Assembly (NCBI GenBank): GCA_051599415.1 | Contig: AP039692.1 | Location: 620,001 to 684,000, forward strand | Length of the DNA: 64,000 nucleotides | Direction of reading: 5' to 3' | DNA from: Savitreella phatthalungensis | Taxonomy: Eukaryota | Shown here: in pieces, positions 52,024 through 61,712 of the stretch | Numbering within the stretch: the stretch's first letter is position 1 | Layout: every line of letters begins with the position of its first letter | Position numbers and translations under genes: made by a program | Notes under the pieces: generated by a model | The model's database searches: none | Seen by the model: only the letters and a program-made list of their open reading frames with translations | Told to the model about the DNA's origin: nothing

Positions 52024-53370
52024 TCACGCGAGGTAGCCATTCACAGTGCTGCGGCCAGCACGTTCAAGCTTTGTAAATGCTCTGCTCATAACAACGTCTT
52101 GTACCGAGTCGAGGAAGACGAACGAGCCAATCTCGCCCGAGACCACTGGCAGCCGTAGCCGACCACCTCGCGATTTCGTGATATCGACCTTACTTGATTC
52201 GATCATGTCAAGCGTGAAGCTGTCGTGCCAAATCGGCAGGCCAAGTGACTTGACGACCCGCATGACGCGTTCGACGTCTTCTGACGATATCAGAGCGAGC
52301 TCTTCAGATATATACATGCAGAGCATCATGTCGATATTCACAGCCTCTCCGTGTAGCAGCGGGTATTTCGATTCGAGGGAGGCCATCTCGAGCATCGGAC
52401 TGAAGGTATGACCAAAATCAACGATTCGGTAGAGGGTCGTCTCCATAAAGTTTGGCTCGAGTTCTTCAAGCATACCCTGGATCGAGCGACGCAAAACGCG
52501 CTTTGTGCATCGTGAGCCGTCCTCTTCGAGGTGTTCGAAGAGTGCGAGATCCTTGATGAGAGCCATCTTCAGAATCTCACCCATACCATTTGCAACATGT
52601 CTAGGCGGCAGCGTAGATAAGAAGGTGTCCGAGTCGATATAGACTGCGAGTGGTGCGCAGTATGTCCCAATCTTATTTTTCTCGCAGCAAAAGTTGACTG
52701 CAGTCTTCACGCCCACAGCAGCATCGACGTTGGCAAGCAAGGTTGTAGGAATCTTGATGATAGGAGTGTTCCGACGCCACAAGTTAGCTGCAAGGGCGGA
52801 GACATCGAGGACGACTCCACCGCCGAATGACAGAATGGGATCACGACGGCGGTCGATGCCAAATTTCTTTAGCGCCTCACATACGCCCATGACTTGCTCA
52901 GCGCATTTGCCTTCCTCGCTGCTTTCCAGAACGTGAAAAAGAGCATCGACCTTGTGGTAAGCAAAGTAGGACCGCATCCTGGCACCGTAGATCTTGTCAA
53001 CATTGACATCTACAATGATGAAGCGCCGGAGATTGCCTTCTCCAGGACTTTCTTCACCAAGATGCGGCTTCAATGCCGGAGGATAGACATCTGGATCGAT
53101 GGATGAAAGAAGTGAATAATTGCGCGGATTCAAAATGTCATCAGTCTCCTCGATGTGATACTTCATCTCGACCACTGCAGAGGCTGTGAATCGACCGGTG
53201 TCTAGGCCAGAGGTACCTCCAATCCGCAGACCATTGAGACCCACATGGTTGATCTTGTTCAAGGGGCCGTGTAGAATCTGACCAGTCGGGCCATCGATGT
53301 CAGAGTCGATACCAGAGTCGGTCGACAGAGACCGCAGAGAAGCCCTACTGGAGTTGACGGTGCTCGACAT
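52024..53370 (-). CDS. Sedoheptulose 7-phosphate cyclase, EEVS (2-epi-5-epi-valiolone synthase)-type
   Basis: DHQS-fold motifs GGGVVLD, PTTLLANVDAAVGVK, KNKIGTY, GEILKMAL, MLEELEPNFME, RIVDFGHTFSP and LLHGEAVNIDM. Confidence 0.85.
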   Translation of the reverse strand: MSSTVNSSRASLRSLSTDSGIDSDIDGPTGQILHGPLNKINHVGLNGLRIGGTSGLDTGRFTASAVVEMKYHIEETDDILNPRNYSLLSSIDPDVYPPALKPHLGEESPGEGNLRRFIIVDVNVDKIYGARMRSYFAYHKVDALFHVLESSEEGKCAEQVMGVCEALKKFGIDRRRDPILSFGGGVVLDVSALAANLWRRNTPIIKIPTTLLANVDAAVGVKTAVNFCCEKNKIGTYCAPLAVYIDSDTFLSTLPPRHVANGMGEILKMALIKDLALFEHLEEDGSRCTKRVLRRSIQGMLEELEPNFMETTLYRIVDFGHTFSPMLEMASLESKYPLLHGEAVNIDMMLCMYISEELALISSEDVERVMRVVKSLGLPIWHDSFTLDMIESSKVDITKSRGGRLRLPVVSGEIGSFVFLDSVQDVVMSRAFTKLERAGRSTVNGYLA

Positions 53371-53997
53371 GTTTGATGGACGGTTGAATAGTCCTTCTGT
53401 GAGCCTTTGTCAAGGTTCAAGCCGTTGAAGCGAAGAGAACAGTACAATAGATGTAAACGACCGTTGGACCGTGTAAAGGAGTGTCGACTTGGTGTGAGGG
53501 AGTGAACGAACCTGTGTATGGACAGGAAGGCTATTAAGGAGGTACCAAGGTGTCGCGGTCTTTAGGTAAGACTACAAATTCAAACGGTCATCATGACCTC
53601 GTTCGAAACGTGCACGTGTAAGAGGAGAAGGACGCTCAGCAGATTCTCTGCTGCCAAGGCATGGAGGAGCCGAACACAGACCAACTACATGGGATGGACA
53701 TCTCCTTCTGGCGTTCAGGAAGCGAAAATGCTTCTACATACAGTCAAAATCGGACAAAGCATTAGGTCGGGGCTCTGGCTGATGGGACATTCGAGTTCGG
53801 TAGCTGATGATGTGCAATGGCACAAGATTGACCAACAAAGTTTCTGTCCAATCCAATTAAGAGACGGGGTTTCATTCAATCCGCCCTGTGCTGCGCTTTC
53901 AATGGACGGCATTGTCGACGTCATGACTACGAAGGTGTGGCTTATGGTGTATTGATTGGTCGAGATACGAGATTGAGATCTGAATTCCGATCTGTAG

Positions 53998-54047
53998 ATC
54001 TGGCCGTTACGAGATCCTCATCATCTGGCCGTCACGAGTTCCTCATC
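53998..54047. repeat. 2 x 25-bp tandem duplication upstream of the cyclase gene
   Basis: atctggccgttacgagatcctcatc / atctggccgtcacgagttcctcatc (2 mismatches). Confidence 0.85.
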
Positions 54048-54600
54048 GCGGTCCGCAACATGAGGTGTAGATTATAGCAGAGTTGGAATACGGACTATGA
54101 GAATTGACAAATCATCCAATCAGGGCGCACTAGGCTCATTTTTCATTTTTCAGACTGAGATTATGGTCTCAGCCATGAAATCCTAGAACTAAAACTGTTT
54201 GACCCCACGAATCGGAAGACAAGCAGGAAAAATGCTGTAACTTCAGGCATCTATCTGCATCGACCAACTCTGCTAGACTTGGTTTCTAAATTTATAGCTG
54301 GAACCATAACGCTACCTCTTCCGCGCGAACCGAAAGTATAATCATCTGTATAAACGAGGTGGCAATCGTATGCATCGAGAATGTGAATCCAGCTGTCGTT
54401 TCAACTCAATGCTATGGGACCGAGTTATTGCTGCCCTGGTTCCGGATCTGCATGGTCGGAATCCGATATGTGGTCACATGGATCCCGTGGAAGATCCCCA
54501 GCAAACGTCGACACCATCAGGCACAGCGGCTGCCAGGCACAGGGGCTGCAACAAATCAGATGTGCACCCGGTTTCGCACATCAGCACGCAACGGCCTGAT

Positions 54601-55804
54601 TCAAGAGACGCTTTGCGGCAAGCTAGCCAGAAATGCACGGATGGTTCTGATCGTTTCGGTCGGACGTTCTTGCTGGCACCAGTGGCCCGCGCCATCGATC
54701 AGATGTGTACCACGCCACAGATCGTGTTGTGCCACCATAGTCTCCATCGAAGCCATGCTACCGGGACTTTGGTAATTGCCCCAATCGGCAGCTCCGGAAA
54801 TGAAAGTCATAGGTACCTTGATTTTCATTCCCACCATCCATGCCATAGACGCTGTGTCTGCTCCCGAAGTCCTGGCCAAATACTGGTTCAAGCCGCCTTG
54901 GAACCCCTTGTCCTTGAAATGCTCGAGATAGATCTCAATTTCGTCGTCGTCCATCCAAGCACCCATGTCTTTCAACATCACATCGTAGGATGGTGTATTC
55001 GCTGCGACCGCCTCCGGCATGGTGCTTTGTTGGGGCATGACATAGTACTCGGGTAGAGCTGCCATTGCTGTTGCTGACCATCGGCTCGACAGGACATGCG
55101 GCGTGTTCTGTGGACAGTGAGCAGACTTGAACCAGTAGTAGCCGCGATAGAAATGGCGGAGATCGATTGGGCGTGCGTCTAGTAGCTCTCGAGCTGTCGT
55201 GGTCTCGCTGAAATACCACTGGTAGTGCTTTCGCGGCGGGATGAGCGCAGCAAAGTTCGAAAGGGCATCTTTCTTCGCGGCATTCTCCACTTCATTCAGT
55301 GGATCTGTGGCGCCAGTAAAGGGATGAGACATGACGACAAGCGATTCAAATATGTCTGGTCGTAGTTGCGCAAGCATGCCGGCAATATTTCCCCCCATAT
55401 CATGCCCAATTACACATCGAACCTTAGATTTACGCGCCTCTTGCAGCAGAATCCTTGTCAAGCTGAAGAATTCGGACATGGTATCCTGTGAAGTATAGCC
55501 AAGCGCCCCGTATTCTGCGTCAGGAGCCGAAATAGAGTACGTCGCACCGTAACCCTTCATGTCTGGCGCAATGACCCAGTAGTGCTTGGCAAGATCAGGC
55601 ATGATCTTACGCCATGAAAAGGCGATCTCCGGAAATCCTGTACCAGGTTAGTCATCGTCGATCTTCGCTCATTCCACGGATATCCGTACCGTGAATCAAA
55701 AGAATCAACGGATTTGCCTTGTCACCTGCTTCCAGGATACGAAAGGACGTGTCCCCAGCGCGGATGCGACGCAGGCTGATACAAGCATCGAGGAGGCGTT
55801 CCAT
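54601..55804 (-). CDS. Epoxide hydrolase (alpha/beta hydrolase); intron 55689-55638
   Basis: Spliced LLIHG|FPEIAFSWRK; GHDMGG nucleophile; RKHYQWY, GLNQY and GAGHWCQQE. 52-nt intron GTACGG..CTAAC..CAG. Confidence 0.88.
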
Positions 55805-55928
55805 CGCCTGTGGCGCCTTGTGCTTCTCTGAAGGGCTGCCGAATTTCAACGTAAGGCCTGCTTACTCCACATGTGGGATGCCGCGGGATATGCATCTTCT
55901 TTTTTGCTGGTGCAAAAAAGCTGGGAAG

Positions 55929-57293
55929 ATGTGGGCGTTGACCTCTATGGTCGCCCTTGGCGGCATCATCTGGTCGGCTGTTCGAGCGCTGTTGAAGTTT
56001 GTGTTGACGGCGGCCATCGGATGGCTTCTAGCCCGCAAAGGGCTTCTGGACTCCCAGGGCACACGAACGCTCTCGCAATGCGTCATCAATGTCTTCATTC
56101 CCGCACTCATGTTCTCAAAGGTTGTTGAAGGAGTGGATCAGGACAAGCTCGTTCAAGTTGGAATCCTAGCGCTCACCTCCGTCCTGTATATGCTGATGGG
56201 CCTACTCTTTGGGTTAATCGTGCGGTTGTGCACGCGTGTGCCACGTTGCTGGCAAAATGGTGTGCTGGCGACTGGCGCTTTTTCCAATTGGGGAGACCTG
56301 CCTCTTGTACTAATCGGAACCATCGCGGCTGTACCACCGTTTGACGGGACCTCCGATCAGGCACTTGGTCTCGCCTATGTCTCCATTTTCATCTTCTTGC
56401 AAAGCACCGTCGTCTTCGTGTTCGGCGGCACGTGGCTTGTATCGTCAGACTTTGATCGTTCCCAAGCAGATCTCGACAAGCCCGTTCGAGGTCTTGTAGA
56501 TCGCGTAAGGGATTTTACCTCTAGCAAGGATGAGACCAGCGTGCGGGTGGGCGAGTCACTGGGTCGAGTGCGCAGTAACAGCATGAGCAGTGTACAGCTC
56601 GAGCCGGTGGTTTCCGGCGTCATCAATCCTGCGGATCAATTCTCCTCGCTACAACGGGCAGATGTTTTGCCTAGCAGACCTCCTCTATCTTCTGACCGCT
56701 CGCTGAGCCTTCGACTTCGGGCCGCGATCAGACCGGCTGTGGAACGCCTTATCGCACCTCCATCAGCTGCCATCATTGTCGGCTTCGTTGTCGCGATTGT
56801 CCCCCAAATCAAGGCTTTGTTTGTGAGTGTGCCTTCGCAGCATCTTCCGAACGGCCCAGATGGAAAACCGCCGCTCGATTTCTTGCTCGACATCGCAAAC
56901 TTCATCGGTGGCGCTTCAGTGCCGACTTCTTTGCTAATCCTCGGCTATTCACTATCACGTCTCTCTCTCAGGCATCCACCCGCGATCACCAGCGCAGCTC
57001 TCATGTGTCTGCTCAAGATGTTTGTGGGACCTGTGGTCGCTGTGGCATGGATGCAATTCGTCGCTTTACACACAGGCTGGATTGCTGAATCAGACAGGAT
57101 ACTCAGGCTGTCTTTGGTGCTGCCAGCGGCGTGCCCGACGGCAACGACAATGCTTTACCTCACCCAGGTATTCTCGACTGACGAAAGAGAGCTTGAACTA
57201 CAGTGCGTCTCTTTCTTCCTCGTGCTGCAATACGCGGTCATCGGGCTCACGATGACCATCACGGTATCATACACGCTGCACCTTATAGCTTAA
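55929..57293 (+). CDS. Auxin efflux carrier family (PILS/ECM3-like) membrane transporter
   Basis: PALMFSKV, FSNWGDLP, LAYVSIF, GGASVPTSLLILG and PTAT; two blocks of TM helices around a hydrophilic loop. Confidence 0.85.
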   Translation: MWALTSMVALGGIIWSAVRALLKFVLTAAIGWLLARKGLLDSQGTRTLSQCVINVFIPALMFSKVVEGVDQDKLVQVGILALTSVLYMLMGLLFGLIVRLCTRVPRCWQNGVLATGAFSNWGDLPLVLIGTIAAVPPFDGTSDQALGLAYVSIFIFLQSTVVFVFGGTWLVSSDFDRSQADLDKPVRGLVDRVRDFTSSKDETSVRVGESLGRVRSNSMSSVQLEPVVSGVINPADQFSSLQRADVLPSRPPLSSDRSLSLRLRAAIRPAVERLIAPPSAAIIVGFVVAIVPQIKALFVSVPSQHLPNGPDGKPPLDFLLDIANFIGGASVPTSLLILGYSLSRLSLRHPPAITSAALMCLLKMFVGPVVAVAWMQFVALHTGWIAESDRILRLSLVLPAACPTATTMLYLTQVFSTDERELELQCVSFFLVLQYAVIGLTMTITVSYTLHLIA

Positions 57294-57301
57294 ACTGGTG
57301 C

Positions 57302-58093
57302 TTATAGCATAACTTCTTCTTCTTGATTTTCCTCCGCATAGACATCATGCCCGAGCACGCGCTTGATAAGACGGACAGTGACATTCAGAGGCAAGCCCAC
57401 GACATTGTCGTAGCCTCCGTCGATACCGGTGACGAACGCCGCTGCTTGACCTTGAATAGCATAGCCTCCAGCCTTGTCTGTGCCCTCACCCGTTCGCACG
57501 TAGTTTGCCAGAGTCTCATCAGTGATCTGAGCGTCGAAATGAACCAAAGTGTCCGCGACTGCAGTCTTGAGAATGTAGCCGGGAGCTACAGGCATATCAT
57601 CATCGGGCCGGAGTACGGCCACGGCAGTGATGACACGATGACCCTGTCCAGTCAAAAGCGTGTTGCCGCCGAGAACGCCTGGCGCTGCGGAAGAGGAACG
57701 CGCCCCGGCAGGCGCTATGCTGCTTCGCGATGCCTCCCGCAGGCGCTTCAACATCTCTAGATGATCTGACGGCGATGCTGGCTTTTCCAATATTGTGTTA
57801 CCACAGAAGACCACTGTGTCAGCAGCAATGAGCAGATCAGGTCCATTGTCGCTCTCGCAAAGCCTCTTGTAGACGGCGAGGACCTTCGCGGTGGCTGTCT
57901 GAAGTGCGTATTCCCAGGGCGTCAGTCCATCTTTTGCGAGATCTTCTTTAAAGTCCGAAACAATGACGTCTGCCCGGATTCCTGCCTGTGACAGCAGAGC
58001 TTTGCGTCGCGGCGAGCCAGAGCATAGCACGACACGCTTGTTGCGCAGCTCTGGCAGGAGTTCTATGAACGGATAAGCCGGCGGCGCAGTCAT
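57302..58093 (-). CDS. Maf-family nucleoside triphosphate pyrophosphatase
   Basis: LCSGSPRR, AADTVV, ILEKP, DKAGGYAIQG and NVVGLP. Confidence 0.9.
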   Translation of the reverse strand: MTAPPAYPFIELLPELRNKRVVLCSGSPRRKALLSQAGIRADVIVSDFKEDLAKDGLTPWEYALQTATAKVLAVYKRLCESDNGPDLLIAADTVVFCGNTILEKPASPSDHLEMLKRLREASRSSIAPAGARSSSAAPGVLGGNTLLTGQGHRVITAVAVLRPDDDMPVAPGYILKTAVADTLVHFDAQITDETLANYVRTGEGTDKAGGYAIQGQAAAFVTGIDGGYDNVVGLPLNVTVRLIKRVLGHDVYAEENQEEEVML

Positions 58094-58149
58094 GTCTTTC
58101 GCGAGAATGTCACAAATATTGGAGGTGTTTTTGGCATCATTATCACGGT

Positions 58150-59304
58150 TTATTGTTTCCGCCTCTTGCTGAGAGGCTCTTCTATTTCCTCAAGTTCTTC
58201 CCATACATCCGACCCAGAAGCAGAATCTTCCTCTTCCTTGGATTCTGGTACCTCTAGCACGTCGAGCTTTGAGCTGGCGGCTATGTGCGTCAATTTCTTT
58301 CCAGTATATGCTGAAGCCACCTGCTTATGCGTTTCCGCATCGTATATACGCAGGAAGCCATCTACGCCAGCAACAGCGAGGACATCCTTGTCTATGGCAA
58401 TGCCAGATACGGCGCCACTGAAGCCCTTAAAAGTACCCTTGAGCTTGCGCTCCTCCACATCATATGCGTAGACCGTGCCATGCGTGTCAGTGACAATAGC
58501 CTCATGCTCTTTCAGTACCATATGTGTGAGGGGATATTGACCGAGCTCGATCGATGCAAACGGTCTTCGACCTCGAGCAGTGTCATACAGCCGCACTTGG
58601 CTGAATCGCGTGCAGGTGACTATCCGGTAACCTTCGGATGCGGGCAAGAAGCTGATGCCGGAAATCCATATAGGCACACGCAGGCCAAGCTCGTCGTCCT
58701 TTACATTGCGCGCTTTCCAATAATCATCGAGCGCAAACCAAGCTAGATCATCGCCACTTGACTTACTGCGTAATATTTCGAGATCTGTCTCTTTTCCACC
58801 AAAAGCTAGACAAGGAAATCCGTCATTACCCGTTGCGAGGCGAATGACATCAACAGCACTACCGGCCGCGGTGTTGAACATACTCGTCTTGAGTTCGCCA
58901 TTTGTTTTCACTAGGACAAGCTGTACTCGACCTGCATTGGATGCCACAGCCACGACGAGTGTGCCGCTCTCTCCCGGACCTGATTGCCAAGTATCAATGC
59001 TAACGACCATCTCTGCCTCACGCATGTCCTGTTTATCCCCAACGCAAGCGCAATCCAAGCGGAATCGTTCCTTACCGTCGATAATGTCAAGCATACGCAT
59101 ACGACCGTCGCGGCGAACATAAATAAGCAACAGCGAATCTCTCCATTCCACGAGACGCATCACACTGATAGGTACTGCATCTTTATCGTCGGCCACCACA
59201 AATCTCGGCACAGGTTTCGAGCGCGTTTTGTCCATTGCATCATCCTGCCGACTTAAGGGCCAGCGGCGGATGCGACCTCGGTCATCAGCCGTGATGAGGT
59301 GCAT
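58150..59304 (-). CDS. NSA1: Ribosome biogenesis WD40 protein NSA1/WDR74
   Basis: GGKE, WKARNVKDDELGLRVPIWISGI, VRLYDT..GRRP and GVDGFLRIYD. Confidence 0.85.
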   Translation of the reverse strand: MHLITADDRGRIRRWPLSRQDDAMDKTRSKPVPRFVVADDKDAVPISVMRLVEWRDSLLLIYVRRDGRMRMLDIIDGKERFRLDCACVGDKQDMREAEMVVSIDTWQSGPGESGTLVVAVASNAGRVQLVLVKTNGELKTSMFNTAAGSAVDVIRLATGNDGFPCLAFGGKETDLEILRSKSSGDDLAWFALDDYWKARNVKDDELGLRVPIWISGISFLPASEGYRIVTCTRFSQVRLYDTARGRRPFASIELGQYPLTHMVLKEHEAIVTDTHGTVYAYDVEERKLKGTFKGFSGAVSGIAIDKDVLAVAGVDGFLRIYDAETHKQVASAYTGKKLTHIAASSKLDVLEVPESKEEEDSASGSDVWEELEEIEEPLSKRRKQ

Positions 59305-59588
59305 GGTTGCGATGAAAGGCTTGGCTGTGCCTGCGTTTGATAATGTGCATGTATCAGGTAGACTTGTTTATAGCTCAACATATATTCGAGGATCTGCGTA
59401 CATGCAACCATGCAGTGCGGAGAGGAATTTCATGCAACATAGTCAAGATCAAGGCTCATCATGCACACATAGCTGAGCGTGATCATCGCGATATCGATCC
59501 AATATTATGATCGTTTGGCTCTACCGATCTTGATCACGCACACTTGCCTTCAGAAGACGAGGAGGAAAACGACGAGACGGTCGGAAGG

Positions 59589-60911
59589 ATGCCTCAAACA
59601 TACTTCCTACCAAGCTACTTGCGCAACTCTGCGTATGCGGCAGATTGTGAGGCTGCGCTGATTCGCAGCGGTCAAATTTCGTCTCCGCTGCCGGCGCTAC
59701 TCTCGAAGAACAAAGATGTACCGCAAGTGCTCAAGATCACCGGAGACCAGCACGAAGTTGTTTTCGTCGGACCAGCCAAGAATTCCGACTCCGATGCCGC
59801 CAGTGTGCGTGCCGACCATCCAATACCTGCATCTTGCGGCCTCTACTACTTCGAGTGTACAATTCTCTCCAAAGGTCGCGACGGCTTTATCGGTATAGGC
59901 TTCTGCAGAGCAAATGTCCTACTGAGCAGATTGCCCGGTTGGGAAGCAGACTCATGGGGGTATCACGGCGATGATGGTCACTCTTTCTGCTCGCAGGGTA
60001 CTGGGAAAGATTACGGCCCAAAGTTCACAACTGGCGACATAGTCGGTTGTGCGATAAATTTTGCCACTGGCGAATGCTTCTACACCAAGAACGGTGTCCA
60101 CCTAGGCGTGGCATTTACCGGAATCGGGGGCAGTCTCTACCCATCTATCGGACTGCGCACGCTGAATGAGCACGTCCGGGTCAACTTCGGACAGGAACCT
60201 TTCGTTTTCGATATCGATTTTTATTACCGGCAAGAGAAGACACGAATGTACGCACGTGTGGGAGAAGCTGTCGACGATGTCTCGCACAAGGTCAGGGAGC
60301 TGGTATCCGGATATCTCGCTCACAACGGCTTCACGGAAAGTGCAAGGGCACTAGCTGTTGATGTTGCGACACAGACAGACACGGCTGTTGACTATCCCGC
60401 TGTCGATACGGATGCCGGCACGAGGCAACAGGTACGCAGTCTGATAGGCTGCGGCGATGTAGATGCAGCTCTAGAGCTGCTGGAAGGTCGCTGGAGTGGT
60501 ATGCTACATCAACCGGAGTCGGAGCTCCTTTTTCAGCTCAGATGTCAGAAATTCCTCGAGATGGTGAAACGCGCAGCCGCAGTATCCGGACAGCTCGATC
60601 AAGCCATTGAGTACGGGCAGAGTCTACAAAACATTTACTCAGACCCGTCTCATAAAGTTGCTTTACAAGAGACTTTCTCAGTCCTCGCATACGATGATCC
60701 TCTCGAATCGCCTCTTGGACACCTGTTGAGCGATGACGGTCGCGCCAGGCTCGCCGAGCATGTGAATGAGGCAGTTCTCGTCTACTCTGGCCGCTCCGCA
60801 CGATCTGACTTAGAAGATGTGGTCGCCGGATTGGCTCGTGGCGTGCAGGTCAACGAGCCAGGAATGGCATTCATCAACGTTCATCGCGACTTCCTCACAG
60901 AGATCTCCTGA
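59589..60911 (+). CDS. RanBP9/10-like SPRY-LisH-CTLH-CRA protein (GID/CTLH E3 complex); start uncertain
   Basis: RADHPIP..GLYYFE, LPGWEADSWGYHGDDG, NFGQEPF, YLAHNGF (LisH), FQLRCQKFLE (CTLH) and LAY.DP (CRA). Confidence 0.88.
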   Translation: MPQTYFLPSYLRNSAYAADCEAALIRSGQISSPLPALLSKNKDVPQVLKITGDQHEVVFVGPAKNSDSDAASVRADHPIPASCGLYYFECTILSKGRDGFIGIGFCRANVLLSRLPGWEADSWGYHGDDGHSFCSQGTGKDYGPKFTTGDIVGCAINFATGECFYTKNGVHLGVAFTGIGGSLYPSIGLRTLNEHVRVNFGQEPFVFDIDFYYRQEKTRMYARVGEAVDDVSHKVRELVSGYLAHNGFTESARALAVDVATQTDTAVDYPAVDTDAGTRQQVRSLIGCGDVDAALELLEGRWSGMLHQPESELLFQLRCQKFLEMVKRAAAVSGQLDQAIEYGQSLQNIYSDPSHKVALQETFSVLAYDDPLESPLGHLLSDDGRARLAEHVNEAVLVYSGRSARSDLEDVVAGLARGVQVNEPGMAFINVHRDFLTEIS

Positions 60912-61602
60912 GCTCGGTCCGAGTCATCTCGACTATTTGCTCAGTTCCGGAGTACTGCGGAAGACCATACTGCTTCAGGAATTCTTCAGAGAGGAAGCGA
61001 CCACCGAGGAAGTGTCTACCGGTGAAGCCTTCGCTGCATCGTTTTGGTGCCGAAAGCGAGATTAGTGCATCTGGTAGATAGTCGTGTCCGCAATCCGGGC
61101 TGTGCGGCCTGCCATTCTCGATATCCCAGGATGAGGGGCAATCGACTGCGAGCACAGGAGCTGTCTCCGTTGCCAACCTTCTGATGATGCTATCGAAAGG
61201 CGCCCGCACGTTGCCCTTGAACGAGAAGCCGAAGATCGCGTCTACGATGAGGTCGTGGCGAGATGGTGCTGCCCAAGACTCATGTACGGGTATTTTGAGT
61301 GCCTCGAGCTGCTTGACAAGTCCCTCGTAGAGTCCCTGCTTTCTCTTTGGATAGACAACCTCCGGTATGTGCCCGAATAATCTCAAGTGTCGCGCCGCCA
61401 CTAGACCATCGCCGCCGTTGTTCCCCGGACCAGCGATCACAAGCACGCGCGAACCCGGTCGCTTGAGCAAGCGAAACGCGCAACAGGCGACCGATAGCCC
61501 AGCAAGCTCCATCAATTGACCGAGCTGCCAGCCTCCGGTCCCGGACATGAGGTGCTCATCGAGGTCTGCTGCCTCCTGCGCAGAGAGGTATCGAACAGGC
61601 AT
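60895..61602 (-). CDS. NNR1: NAD(P)H-hydrate epimerase (YjeF_N)
   Basis: QLMELAGLSVA, GPGNNGGDGLVAARHL, VDAIFGFSF, DCPSSWD, SLSAPK and HFLGGRF. Confidence 0.92.
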   Translation of the reverse strand: MPVRYLSAQEAADLDEHLMSGTGGWQLGQLMELAGLSVACCAFRLLKRPGSRVLVIAGPGNNGGDGLVAARHLRLFGHIPEVVYPKRKQGLYEGLVKQLEALKIPVHESWAAPSRHDLIVDAIFGFSFKGNVRAPFDSIIRRLATETAPVLAVDCPSSWDIENGRPHSPDCGHDYLPDALISLSAPKRCSEGFTGRHFLGGRFLSEEFLKQYGLPQYSGTEQIVEMTRTELRRSL

Positions 61603-61712
61603 GGTGATCTGCATGTGAATATCTCACAGGGCTTTTTACATAGACGGGATAAATATCACGGCGCAGCCCTTCTTTTGCACAACACGCACCTTTTGCTTGC
61701 CGCGACAGCCCC

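Noticed and set aside
55719..55928. N-terminal extension of the transporter ORF given in the ORF track
   Set aside because: Starts at a non-ATG codon and overlaps the epoxide hydrolase first exon; ATG 55929 (or the next ATG) fits the family.
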